DNA of 64,000 bases from Leptolyngbyaceae cyanobacterium (GCA_050330865.1 JBHJHM010000076.1:1649-65648); one strand, 5' to 3'; numbered from the stretch's first letter, positions 10,779 through 21,376 are shown. Notes: generated by a model not told the origin, from the sequence alone. Translations and numbers: made by a program.

Positions 10779-11864
10779 ATGTCTGCTTTTTCCATCTTGA
10801 TCGTGGATGATGAAGTCATCAATTTTGATGTGATTGAAGCTATGTTGTCCAGCCAAGATTATCAATTAAATTACGTTGATACAGGGCAGGAAGCTATTAA
10901 CTCACTTAGCCTGTTTCAACCCGATCTAATTCTGCTAGATGTGATGATGCCTGGGATGGATGGTATTGCAACCTGTCGGCACATTAAAGCCATGGAAAAC
11001 TGGCGACCGGTGCCTATCATTATGGTTACAGCCCTCAATACTAAAGATGACCTTGCTCGCTGCCTTAATGCGGGAGCCGACGACTTTATTAGCAAACCTA
11101 TTAATCGCGTTGAGTTACGTGCCCGTGTCGAAGCGATGCTGCGAATTAAGCAGCAATATGATGACTTACAAGCGCTATTGGCCTTAAGAGAAAATATGGT
11201 CGATATGATTATTCACGACCTCAAAGCTCCGCTCCAGTCAACTTTATCTGGATTAGAACTGCTTGAGCAGGAAACCATTACGCCAGCGAAACAGCAAGTA
11301 ATTTTAGACACCACCTATGCATCAGCGCAGACATTAGAAACTCTGATTGATAGCCTATTAAAAACTGCACTTATTGAAGCGGGTAAACTTCGTCTCGATC
11401 GCACAGAAGCAAATCTGTACGACTTGATTCAATCGATAATGCCTACCCTTACTAGCAAAGCAGCTGAGAAGTCTCAGTCTCTCACCATAGAACTGCCTGA
11501 ACGCATGATTAAAAGCATCATGATTGATGTTGGCATGATTTGCCAAGCTTTAGAAAAGCTGGTGACGGGAATGCTTCGACTGGTTGCAGAAAATAGCCAC
11601 ATTACTATCAAACTCGATGAACCCAATATGAATGAGTTCATCATCTGCATTATCGATACTGAATCGGATAGTGCTGACAGCTTAGAGCAAATACTTTTTG
11701 GGAAATCTGCGGCAGACCCTGTACTCCCCGCGATCGCTCAACTCGCCTCGGGATTAACCTTTTGTAAGCGTGTCATTGAAGCCCATGGAGGCAGGATGGG
11801 AATTCAGAAAAGTAACCCTAAAGGTGTCATGCTCGAAATTAGTCTTCCATCATTTGATCAGTAA
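10779..11864 (+). CDS. REC-kinase paralog with degenerate ATP-binding domain (predicted pseudokinase)
   Basis: 361 aa with the same architecture as the preceding gene. REC is intact and the H-box is retained (IHDLKAPL). The N box is replaced by LEKLVTGMLRLV (no Asn). G1 is replaced by DTESDSADS (no GxG). Confidence 0.8.
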   Translation: MSAFSILIVDDEVINFDVIEAMLSSQDYQLNYVDTGQEAINSLSLFQPDLILLDVMMPGMDGIATCRHIKAMENWRPVPIIMVTALNTKDDLARCLNAGADDFISKPINRVELRARVEAMLRIKQQYDDLQALLALRENMVDMIIHDLKAPLQSTLSGLELLEQETITPAKQQVILDTTYASAQTLETLIDSLLKTALIEAGKLRLDRTEANLYDLIQSIMPTLTSKAAEKSQSLTIELPERMIKSIMIDVGMICQALEKLVTGMLRLVAENSHITIKLDEPNMNEFIICIIDTESDSADSLEQILFGKSAADPVLPAIAQLASGLTFCKRVIEAHGGRMGIQKSNPKGVMLEISLPSFDQ

Positions 11865-12506
11865 CCCGAACTCTTGGAGACGGGAATCGGTAAAATCTTG
11901 AATCACCAAGCTTGCTCCATAGCTTTGCAAAACTGCAGGCTCATGGGTAGAAGCTACACCGATAGTGGGAATCTGGGCGGCAACGGCGGCTTGGATGCCT
12001 GTTTTAGAATCTTCGAAGACGACAGCAGACTCGGCGGCGACCTCAAAATGATCAAGCGCAGTTTGATAGGGCAGCGGATCGGGTTTACTGCGGACCAGTT
12101 CCCCGGCAACGATGACCAATTCAAACGCGGTTTCCAGATCGAGTACTTTAAGCATAAATTCTGCGTTCGCCCGAGGCGCATTAGTTACTACAGCCGTTCG
12201 TAGCTCTTGGGTTTTAATCTCCTTAAAGAGTTCCGTAAACCCCGGCATACGGTCGAGTTCAGAGGCCGCTAACTCGCGAAACTTAGCCTCCTTATGGATC
12301 GCTAGCTCGCGTCCCTCTGCTTCTGATAGCTGCGGTAGAAGCTCTTGAATCAGATGTTCGTTTAATCGACCACTGATGTGTTGCTTGAAGAAGGCTTCAT
12401 CCACCTCATAGTCATGGGGTTTCAGGAGGTCACGCCAGACCTCCAGATGAATCGGATCAGTATTGGCAAGAGTGCCATCAAGGTCAAAAAAGACAGCTTG
12501 CAGCAT
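11850..12506 (-). CDS. HAD-superfamily hydrolase (beta-phosphoglucomutase/phosphatase-like)
   Basis: 218 aa. Motif I is FFDLDGTLANT, motif II is VVTNA, and the fold is DSKTG-type HAD. Its 3' end overlaps the convergent kinase gene by 15 nt. Confidence 0.8.
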   Translation of the reverse strand: MLQAVFFDLDGTLANTDPIHLEVWRDLLKPHDYEVDEAFFKQHISGRLNEHLIQELLPQLSEAEGRELAIHKEAKFRELAASELDRMPGFTELFKEIKTQELRTAVVTNAPRANAEFMLKVLDLETAFELVIVAGELVRSKPDPLPYQTALDHFEVAAESAVVFEDSKTGIQAAVAAQIPTIGVASTHEPAVLQSYGASLVIQDFTDSRLQEFGLLIK

Positions 12507-12511
12507 GGGGT

Positions 12512-13903
12512 TTAGCCTTTGGACCCCTCTGTTTCAGATTCAGTCTGACGCTTAGGACGCCATCCAGGCACAACCGTTTTCTTGGTACGAGCTACGACCA
12601 AACAATCATCTTCGATATCTTTGGTGATCACCGACCCGGCGCCAACCGTGACATCTGCACCAATAGTCACGGGAGCCACAAAAACGCTGTTAGAGCCCGT
12701 TTTAGTGCGATCGCCAATCACCGTTGGATGCTTTTGAACGCCGTCGTAGTTAGCGGTGATGGTACCCGCCCCCACATTCACTTGTGTCCCTAGCGTCGCA
12801 TTCCCTAAATAAGAGAGGTGGGCTACATTGACGCGATCGGCTAGAGTCGATTGCTTGATCTCCACGAAATTACCGATACGACAGCCATCGCCCACTACAG
12901 CTTCCCCCCGCAAATGGGCATACGGCCCGACCCGTGTCCTATCGCCAACCTGACTATCGGACACAGTGGAGAACAACACTGTGGCATCTTTACCAATGGT
13001 GCTGTTTTCAATGAAGCTGCCGGGTCCAATGCGACTGCCGCTACGAACCATAGTTGAGCCCCGCAAATGGGTCTGAGGTTCAATCACAACATCAGCCTCT
13101 AGCTGCACCGTAATATCGATTGTGATGCTGTCAGGGTCAATCAGCGTCACCCCAGCCGTCATCCAGTCGTCTTTGATACGGTCCTGCAGAATGCTGTAAG
13201 CCTGCGCCAGTTGCTTACGATTGTTGATGCCCTGAATTTCCTCTGGGTCGTCTACGTCCACTGCCATCGCTGGTGACAGATCTTTCACTACATCCGTCAA
13301 ATAATATTCTTGCTGATCATTATCGGCTTTAAGCTTCGGGAGGAGGGTGCTTAATGCTGACCAGCTGAAGCAATAGACGCCTGCATTAATGCGACGATTC
13401 TGGCGTTGTGCTTCGGAGCAATCGCGATGCTCAATGATTTCTGTAATAACATTGTCATCGTTACAAAACACGCGCCCATACCCTGTTGGGTCCATAAACT
13501 GGGCTGTTAGCAAAGTAGCCGCATTTTGCCGAGTCTGATGAACTTCTAACATCTGTTTGAGGGTGGAGGCGCGCAGCAGAGGCACGTCTCCGTTCAAAAC
13601 CAAAAGATCCCCTGTAAAGTTCTGGAGATAAGGGATAACCTGCTGCACAGCATGGCCCGTGCCTAGCTGTTCTCGCTGTTCGACAAAGGTTAGTCCTGGA
13701 AGATGGCTGAGGGCAGCCTGTACCTTTTCTGCCTCATAACCAACCACCACCAGCCGATGTAAAGGATTCACATCTTGTAGACTATCGAGCACACATTCTA
13801 CAAGCGAACGCCCACCCAAAGGATGCAGCACCTTGGGCAGTGACGACTTCATCCGCGTACCTTTTCCGGCTGCCAGCACAACCACCGCTAGCTCACCCGC
13901 CAT
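12512..13903 (-). CDS. glmU: Bifunctional UDP-N-acetylglucosamine pyrophosphorylase / glucosamine-1-phosphate N-acetyltransferase
   Basis: N-terminal [11 protein letters not shown] nucleotidyltransferase motif and C-terminal left-handed beta-helix hexapeptide repeats. I placed the start at the internal ATG 13901-13903 ([15 protein letters not shown]), because the 56-aa upstream extension of the ORF has no GlmU-like sequence. Confidence 0.88.
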   Translation of the reverse strand: MAGELAVVVLAAGKGTRMKSSLPKVLHPLGGRSLVECVLDSLQDVNPLHRLVVVGYEAEKVQAALSHLPGLTFVEQREQLGTGHAVQQVIPYLQNFTGDLLVLNGDVPLLRASTLKQMLEVHQTRQNAATLLTAQFMDPTGYGRVFCNDDNVITEIIEHRDCSEAQRQNRRINAGVYCFSWSALSTLLPKLKADNDQQEYYLTDVVKDLSPAMAVDVDDPEEIQGINNRKQLAQAYSILQDRIKDDWMTAGVTLIDPDSITIDITVQLEADVVIEPQTHLRGSTMVRSGSRIGPGSFIENSTIGKDATVLFSTVSDSQVGDRTRVGPYAHLRGEAVVGDGCRIGNFVEIKQSTLADRVNVAHLSYLGNATLGTQVNVGAGTITANYDGVQKHPTVIGDRTKTGSNSVFVAPVTIGADVTVGAGSVITKDIEDDCLVVARTKKTVVPGWRPKRQTESETEGSKG

Positions 13904-14130
13904 AAGCTTTTCTCCACCCATACCAAGCCACGCACGGAAGTATAGCGTGGTTTGGTGCGGAAGGAGTGGAGGGGGTAGAAGAGGTCGTCGGGTCGATGGG
14001 TAACAGAGTTCGAAGTCGAAATTCGGAATTCGGAATCTAGAGAGTAAGACAGTGATTACAGCAACGCCCACTCCGGTATAGGGAAAGAGCCTGCCATTAG
14101 GAGTAACGGCGTTGAAATCGTAGGCACAGT

Positions 14131-15144
<1,014 letters not shown>

Positions 15145-15471
15145 TCAGACCTAAAGCTCAAAAACCTATTCATCAGTCCAATGCGTGGAATTTCGGGCGA
15201 CTCACAGACGGAATCGTTAATGATGCTACACCTTTCACAGTCGTTTGGCGACTCTTTTACAGGGTCCAGCTTTTTCTCATCTCGATAAGCCAACCTCGAA
15301 GAGGCTGGGCATTATGCCCTGATGGATAATAAAGACGGGACATAGCTCATTATTTCCACTTTTGGCTGGGTTTATGCAACCAGAATGAAGACTAATCTAT
15401 AGAACTTCCGTAAAGGATTGAGCTGATAGGGCCGATTAAGGAGACCACACGCGAGTAAACTCGCTCGTCCT

Positions 15472-15777
15472 CTAGCTGATATGCAGAGGTGTGCCCATCC
15501 CATCGGTAGAGATGCGACCACTGCCCCGATAGGCAACGTCATTCGCATCAGTCGTATCGTTATCGACTCGACCACTGCCGCGATGGGCGAGTGTCGGATT
15601 GATAGGCTCAGAGTAGCGACCAGTGCCTCGGTAGGCGATCGCACTTTCGGATTGCTGTTGTCCCGAAACTAAACGAGTTTGAACGCGTTCTGCAGTTTCG
15701 GAAAGTGTAGATGCACTCAGACAACCTAGTGTTGCTGCAGCCAATAAATAGCTAGCCAGATGGCGTAAGGAAAACAT
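15472..15777 (-). CDS. patX: PatX-like secreted peptide precursor with three RG(S/T)GR motifs
   Basis: 101 aa with an N-terminal hydrophobic signal-like segment (LASYLLAAATLGCLSA). The motifs are AYRGTGRY (nt 15616-15630), AHRGSGRV (15568-15582) and AYRGSGRI (15514-15528). It lies directly upstream of hetR on the same strand, which is the arrangement described for patX. Confidence 0.7.
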   Translation of the reverse strand: MFSLRHLASYLLAAATLGCLSASTLSETAERVQTRLVSGQQQSESAIAYRGTGRYSEPINPTLAHRGSGRVDNDTTDANDVAYRGSGRISTDGMGTPLHIS

Positions 15778-15875
15778 TGTTTGAAACCCCTTTGTATGCC
15801 TCTATCTCCTGTTTCAAAGGGGGTGATCATTCCTCAGGAAGGTTTGTCTGCGTATAAGTTCGGATTTGGTCAACT

Positions 15876-17684
15876 TTACGCGATTTTAATCGCCTGAAGC
15901 CAGCCTGCAGCCCAGTTTGGCAGGCCGATTACGCGGATCTTCTGACCGTTCTTAAGACTCTGGAATTGCTGATGGATGAGGGGATGTAAGGTCACTAAAT
16001 CGAGTGTATTTAGCGCCGATAACTGTAGCTGAACTTGTTGATTTTGGTCGTTCATCTTAACTTTAAGAATCCCTTCAAAGGTGGAAAGGAATAGGCTATT
16101 TTCTGAGGACAATTCTAAGTTCTGGCACACAAACATACCGCCATGTCCGCTCATTGCATAGCTCTCTGGATGAGTTTGATACTGCTGCTGTTGCGATCGC
16201 CAATTCTTATTTGTGAGGGGCAAATTATCCAACAAAGGCACCACGGCAGCAGGAGCAATAGGGTCTTGAAGGAGCGCTGTCTGTAGCGCTTGGACGGACA
16301 AATCGCGCGGCTGGCAGTGGTGCTCTACACACAAAGCTGCGGCCATACCTGCTGCCTGTCCTAGCCCTAACACTACCGGCTGTAGCCGGGTCGCTCCGTT
16401 AGCGATATGAGACACAGACAGATTTTTGTCGCCGACCAACAGCCCATCAGTCGCAAGTGGCACAAGCGCTTCGTACGGCAGGGCAAAGGGAGTCCCGGTC
16501 CAGCGCCCGCCCCAATAGAGGGCTTTGGGCTGTAGCGGTAGATCAAAACCGGGGTAGTGGTGATCGTTAGGATAGTTGCCGATCGCGATCGCACTCATTT
16601 CCCCTTTCGCATTCATCGGCAGCTTGGCGACCTGTCCTCCCGGCTGCGGCAAGATATCTAGCTCAGTGACCGTAGTCAGTCCCACTAAGCGCCGGCTTTC
16701 GCGGTAATAAGGCTGCAAGGCGAAAGCCCCTCCGCCTAACTGACCTGGAAGCTTAGGAAAGGTATCCGCTGCCAGTCCATACCGCTGACCCAACTCCGAT
16801 TGAATAAAGTGAGCAAAATTTTGACTATGGGCGATCGCCTCCCCAGCCCATTCCTGGCACGACTTCTCACCTTGCACCAGACGATTTAGATTGACTCCGT
16901 AATCATTGCCTTGCTGAGGCCAATTGAGCATGAATCGCCCACCTGGTAATTGTCCATAGGTCAAAAACGTTTCTGCTCCATACCCCTCCCAAGCACCCCT
17001 GAAGTGGCTGGAGCTATAGCTTTTCGTGGGGGCAATACGGGGTGCAGCTGTTCCTTCACCGTAATCTTGCAGCATCACAATCCAAGTCGGAGCCTGGACG
17101 GGATATGTTTGGGTGAGTTCATAGAGTGGGTCAGTTGGGTCGTCCAATGTTTTGGGCGCGCTCGGTTCCCCAAAAGTGGTTTGGGTTTCCCAACCCCAGC
17201 GATAAGGCACCGCACCCAATGCGAGCAAATCTCCCAGTTCTGTCCCGTCTAGAGTAATGGTGGCGTAGACAGTCAAATCATCGAAACTAACGCCCAGGAT
17301 GCGATCGTGCTTTTTCAGAACCTGTCTGGGTACCTTCCCCGCTATCCAGCGCAAGTTAGGAAGTGCTTTAACCCAATCGGCGAAAATTGCAGCTCCGATG
17401 TGGGGTTCATAGGTGAAGAAGCTCACCCAAGCGTTATCTAAACCGCCCGGCTGTCGCTGTCGTAGTTCTTGTAAAAACGCACCCCATATCCCGGTCTGGA
17501 AGGCTAACAGCTCGTTGCCGTCAGGAGCCGAAACACCCGCTGCGGTCAACATTCCCCCTAACCAAGGCAGCTCGCTAACAAGGATAGTCTGAGCGCCTCG
17601 ACGAGCAGCCTGAATGGCGGCGGCGGTTCCCCCTGTGCCGCCGCCAACAACTAAGACATCGGTACTTAACACCTCTATATTCAA
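15876..17684 (-). CDS. FAD-dependent oxidoreductase (FAD_oxidored-type)
   Basis: 602 aa with an N-terminal dinucleotide-binding motif DVLVVGGGTGGTAAA. Confidence 0.7.
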   Translation of the reverse strand: MNIEVLSTDVLVVGGGTGGTAAAIQAARRGAQTILVSELPWLGGMLTAAGVSAPDGNELLAFQTGIWGAFLQELRQRQPGGLDNAWVSFFTYEPHIGAAIFADWVKALPNLRWIAGKVPRQVLKKHDRILGVSFDDLTVYATITLDGTELGDLLALGAVPYRWGWETQTTFGEPSAPKTLDDPTDPLYELTQTYPVQAPTWIVMLQDYGEGTAAPRIAPTKSYSSSHFRGAWEGYGAETFLTYGQLPGGRFMLNWPQQGNDYGVNLNRLVQGEKSCQEWAGEAIAHSQNFAHFIQSELGQRYGLAADTFPKLPGQLGGGAFALQPYYRESRRLVGLTTVTELDILPQPGGQVAKLPMNAKGEMSAIAIGNYPNDHHYPGFDLPLQPKALYWGGRWTGTPFALPYEALVPLATDGLLVGDKNLSVSHIANGATRLQPVVLGLGQAAGMAAALCVEHHCQPRDLSVQALQTALLQDPIAPAAVVPLLDNLPLTNKNWRSQQQQYQTHPESYAMSGHGGMFVCQNLELSSENSLFLSTFEGILKVKMNDQNQQVQLQLSALNTLDLVTLHPLIHQQFQSLKNGQKIRVIGLPNWAAGWLQAIKIA

Positions 17685-17992
17685 TCGGTTCCCCTACAAC
17701 GAATAGGCATAGCTTATGGATGGGTTGCAATAATGTGTTCCTACCCCTCCCGAATGGGGTAGGCATATTAAGGTCTCTAAACATAAACTTAGATATATGG
17801 ATCGAGACAGAATCATAGAGAACCACTGGAAGTGCATTGAGTTGATTAGTATGCCGCTTGAGGCATTGCTGCACCAACTTCTCTAGCTTTAAAGGACTCT
17901 ACGCACAGGTGAATTTTATTCAGGTGGTTCCGTGGCTGCTGCAGGCATCAGCCTGAGCGACGCACAACACTATACGATATGGAGCGGAAACC

Positions 17993-18235
17993 ATGAAAAA
18001 GCTTGAGGTTAGAACAGCAGTTGATGAAGGATGGGCAGTGCAAGTATACGGGCGCGATCGCCGCTTGCTGTGCGTGCTGGAATCTTCCCATGGCTGGATC
18101 TTTTTGCTCGGATGCAGCTTGGGCGCCCTCTTGACGCTTCTCTTCGTAACTCTGGCTCATCACAGTCCGGCGCCGGAGCCGATAGAGCCAGCCAGCATTC
18201 CCTCTTCGATTTCACCCTCTTTACAGGTGGATTAG
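17993..18235 (+). CDS. Small hypothetical membrane protein
   Basis: 80-aa ORF with one clear TM helix (WIFLLGCSLGALLTLLFVTLA) and a GGAG about 10 nt upstream of the ATG. No family recognised. Confidence 0.35.
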   Translation: MKKLEVRTAVDEGWAVQVYGRDRRLLCVLESSHGWIFLLGCSLGALLTLLFVTLAHHSPAPEPIEPASIPSSISPSLQVD

Positions 18236-18514
18236 CTGCTCACCGAAAAGTTATCTGCCAGATTTTCCGAATTAGAGGTGGGGAACTCGTCTCTAGGTCC
18301 ATTGAGCGGCGAGAATAGGCACACCCTTGCCGGTTTTACTGAACAAGTGCGATCATGCATAGCCGTTTCGCGCTGGTCTCAAGGCGCCAATTGCGGGCAA
18401 ACTGTCAGCGCCTCAGCCGTTGCCAAGTCCTTTAGGAAAAGACGGCGCAGCCATCTGGCTATGTGCTAAGCAACCGGATGCTACTTGGTGTCTTGCCGTA
18501 GCGGGCGAAAGCTG

Positions 18515-18968
18515 TCAATCGGCAACGGGTGTTTTGTCCAAATCGAGCCAGCTTAGCTGCGTCAGCCCTTTTGATAGGGTGATGTTACTCACTTGGATGT
18601 TAGAGAGAGCTAGTTCTTGTGGGTTGACACGCGATCGCAGCAGTTCTAGATCTTCCCTTTAATTCATGCCAAGGGATAGCCGTGTCGGTTGCTGCAAGGA
18701 TGCAAGTGGACGCCGATCTTGGATTGCTAAGCGTTCCAATACCAAAGTGGTTTCTTGCTGGAGAAGACTGTCCGCTTGGGCATAGCCTTCGGTGCCCACC
18801 AAGGCGAGGCAGCTAATTCACGATATGGGTGGCTGCAGGCATAAGCACACGCTGCCCACACCAATCGGCAAAGGTCGCAAAAGTGCCCCTTGAGAATGCT
18901 GTCTTTGAGGGCAACAGACTGAGCACCCCAATGGTCATCGTCAGCAGCATCACGAATAGACGAACCAT
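18515..18968 (-). pseudogene. Decayed leucine-rich-repeat (internalin-like) protein gene
   Basis: My minus-strand translation gives a signal peptide plus FATFADWCGQRV, then a stop. LRR-like segments follow in shifted frames and are broken by stops: TLVLERLAIQDRRPLASLQQPTRLSLGMN and LALSNIQVSNITLSKGLTQLSWLDLDKTPVAD. Confidence 0.45.
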
Positions 18969-19196
18969 CCGAGTGGGCTGGAAAAATTAAGCAGCATAAT
19001 CAACATCTCTCTCGATCGAGGGTTGAATCTAGCGCAAATGCATTGTATTTAATATTAGTCAGAGATATAAGATGATTTTTTGACAAAAGTTTTGCTTATG
19101 AATTGAATTGGATAATTCGCTCGAATTTCGCCTCCAACGGTCGCGAATCCGGGTTTTTTTAATGATAGACTCAAATACATAAAGATTCTGGTTTGA

Positions 19197-19212
19197 ATAG
19201 AACTGAATCTAT
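19197..19212. promoter_or_regulatory. Candidate LysR-type (NdhR/CcmR-like) operator ATAG-N8-CTAT upstream of sbtA
   Basis: The sequence ATAGaactgaatCTAT lies 186 nt upstream of the sbtA ATG, in an AT-rich non-coding stretch. It matches the ATAG-N8-CTAT motif as I recall it for NdhR. Confidence 0.3.
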
Positions 19213-19397
19213 ATTTTGGTTTTTGCGATAAATAGCGATCGCCGAACCGAGTAGTTCAGAGTACGGCCCCCCTGAGTACCCCTGTTGACAGGTTCTCGCT
19301 TGCACCTGTGCTGCGAGGGATGAGGTTCGTCACCCCTGTTTTCTTGATTGCCTGCCGTCCTGACCCATAAGATCTGATTCTAAGGAGGAATTACAAC

Positions 19398-20570
19398 ATG
19401 GGCTTTTTGTCCGATTTCTTAACGCTCTTTCTGGGCAAGTTGCAGTCCCCGACACTCGGCTTTCTGATAGGGGGCATGGTTATTGCCGCCTGCAATAGCC
19501 GTCTGCAAATTCCAGATTCGATCTATAAGTTCATCGTCTTCATGCTGCTCATCAAAGTTGGCCTGAGCGGCGGTATTGCCATCCGCGATGCCAATTTGGC
19601 GGAGATGCTGTTGCCCGCAGTATTCGCGATGGTTATTGGCATCCTGGTCGTGTTCATCGCCCGCACCACGTTGGCTAGGCTGCCAGGTGTCAAAACCGTA
19701 GATGCCATTGCAACTGGCGGGTTGTTTGGTGCCGTGAGTGGCTCTACCCTGGCCGCTGGCATCACGCTGCTGGAATCGGAAGGCATGCAATACGAGCCTT
19801 GGTCCGCCGCCCTCTATCCTTTTATGGATATCCCAGCGCTGGTGACGGCGATCGTCTTGGCCAGTATTTATGTCAGCAAGCAGAAGCGTGATAAATATCT
19901 CAAAAATGAGGAGTATCTCAGGAAGGAGGAGTATGTCAGCAAGCAGACCGTTGCTGCCGGCGGGTATGCTGGTGGGCAGGGCGGTACTGCTGGCGGGTAT
20001 GCCGGTGGGTCAGGCGGTAGTGCCGGCGGGTATGACGGCGGGCAAGGTGGTACCCCGAGCCAGCGGGTCAAGATCTGGCCCATCATTAAAGAAAGTCTCC
20101 AGGGCTCTGCCCTATCAGCGCTGCTGCTCGGTCTCGCGCTAGGCATCCTGACCCAACCTGAGAGTGTCTATGAGGGCTTCTTCAATCCCCCCTTCCGGGG
20201 TCTGCTTTCGGTTCTGATGCTGGTCATGGGTATGGAAGCTTGGTCAAGGCTCGGCGAGTTGCGCAAGGTGGGCCAGTGGTATGCCCTGTATGCCTTGCTG
20301 GCACCAATACTAAATGGGTTTCTTGGCTTCGGTCTCGGCTATATTGCCCATATCACTACGGGATTCAGCCCAGGTGGCGTCGTGCTTCTGTCCGTTATCG
20401 CTGCCTCCAGTTCAGATATCTCAGGACCGCCCACTTTGCGAGCTGGTATTCCCAAGGCCAATCCCTCAGCCTACATCGGCTCGTCCACAGCTGTCGGCAC
20501 GCCGATTGCGCTCGCTGTGTGCATCCCCTTCTTCATCGGGCTTGCCCAAGCAACGATGGGGGGTGGCTGA
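19398..20570 (+). CDS. sbtA: Sodium-dependent bicarbonate transporter SbtA
   Basis: 390 aa. AGGAGG lies 8 nt upstream of the ATG. It aligns by eye with Synechocystis SbtA over LQSPTLGFLIGGMVIAA, ATGGLFGAVSGST, YPFMDIPALVTAIV, RVKIWPII.ESLQG and IAASSSDISGPPTLRAGIP. Confidence 0.92.
   Translation: MGFLSDFLTLFLGKLQSPTLGFLIGGMVIAACNSRLQIPDSIYKFIVFMLLIKVGLSGGIAIRDANLAEMLLPAVFAMVIGILVVFIARTTLARLPGVKTVDAIATGGLFGAVSGSTLAAGITLLESEGMQYEPWSAALYPFMDIPALVTAIVLASIYVSKQKRDKYLKNEEYLRKEEYVSKQTVAAGGYAGGQGGTAGGYAGGSGGSAGGYDGGQGGTPSQRVKIWPIIKESLQGSALSALLLGLALGILTQPESVYEGFFNPPFRGLLSVLMLVMGMEAWSRLGELRKVGQWYALYALLAPILNGFLGFGLGYIAHITTGFSPGGVVLLSVIAASSSDISGPPTLRAGIPKANPSAYIGSSTAVGTPIALAVCIPFFIGLAQATMGGG
19956..20054 (+). 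repeat. In-frame 3 x 33 bp tandem repeat (AGGY[A/D]GG[Q/S]GG[T/S]) inside the sbtA central loop
   Basis: The units span 19956-19988, 19989-20021 and 20022-20054. A 16-bp direct duplication, tatgtcagcaagcaga, occurs at 19869-19884 and 19932-19947, 63 nt apart and in frame. Confidence 0.9.
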
Positions 20571-20698
20571 TCCCAGACGGGACACGGTCTGTCGGTGCTC
20601 CCCTGGCCCGGCGACCAACGCGACGGCTAGATCGACACGATCACGTAGTGCTGCCGTTTGCATAAGTTTCTATGTCGTTCAATGAATACACATGTTAG

Positions 20699-21043
<345 letters not shown>

Positions 21044-21051
21044 ATCGAGAC

Positions 21052-21110
21052 AACACGGCCACCCAAAAGCCGGGGACATGTCCGGCTTTTGGGTGGCCGT
21101 GTTTTGTGCT
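21052..21110 (+). terminator. Intrinsic terminator after sbtB
   Basis: Perfect 22-bp stem (21052-21073 pairs with 21082-21103) and an 8-nt loop, followed by ttgtg. Confidence 0.75.
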
Positions 21111-21376
21111 CGGACCTGGCAGCTTGAGTTTAGCGAAAGACAGATTGCCGAGGGGGCACAAAATCCTGTGTTCCGATGGCCTTCTAAGCACCTCATCCAT
21201 TCCCATAACTGTCACACGCACAAACTAGCTGTACCGGATATTCACCGATAGCCCTAACCGAATACGGGTAAAGGATTTTTATTCACTTTCATCCGACCTT
21301 GCGAGCGTCACAGGCACGAAAATGACGGACTTTATCGCCGCCATCATGGGGACGTTGACGTTCCGACTCTATTTAC

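Noticed and set aside
13904-14071. 56-aa N-terminal extension of the glmU ORF
   Set aside because: The extension ([20 protein letters not shown]...) is not GlmU-like. GlmU proteins begin a few residues before the LAAGKGTRM motif.
18031-18662. Several overlapping 63-95-aa plus-strand ORFs
   Set aside because: They are Arg/Ser/Cys-rich and mutually overlapping. The region is better explained as the antisense of a decayed LRR gene.
19868-20146. Overlapping 90-92-aa ORFs on both strands inside sbtA
   Set aside because: These are artefacts of the GC-rich GGY tandem repeat, which lacks stops in several frames. They lie within a confidently identified transporter gene.
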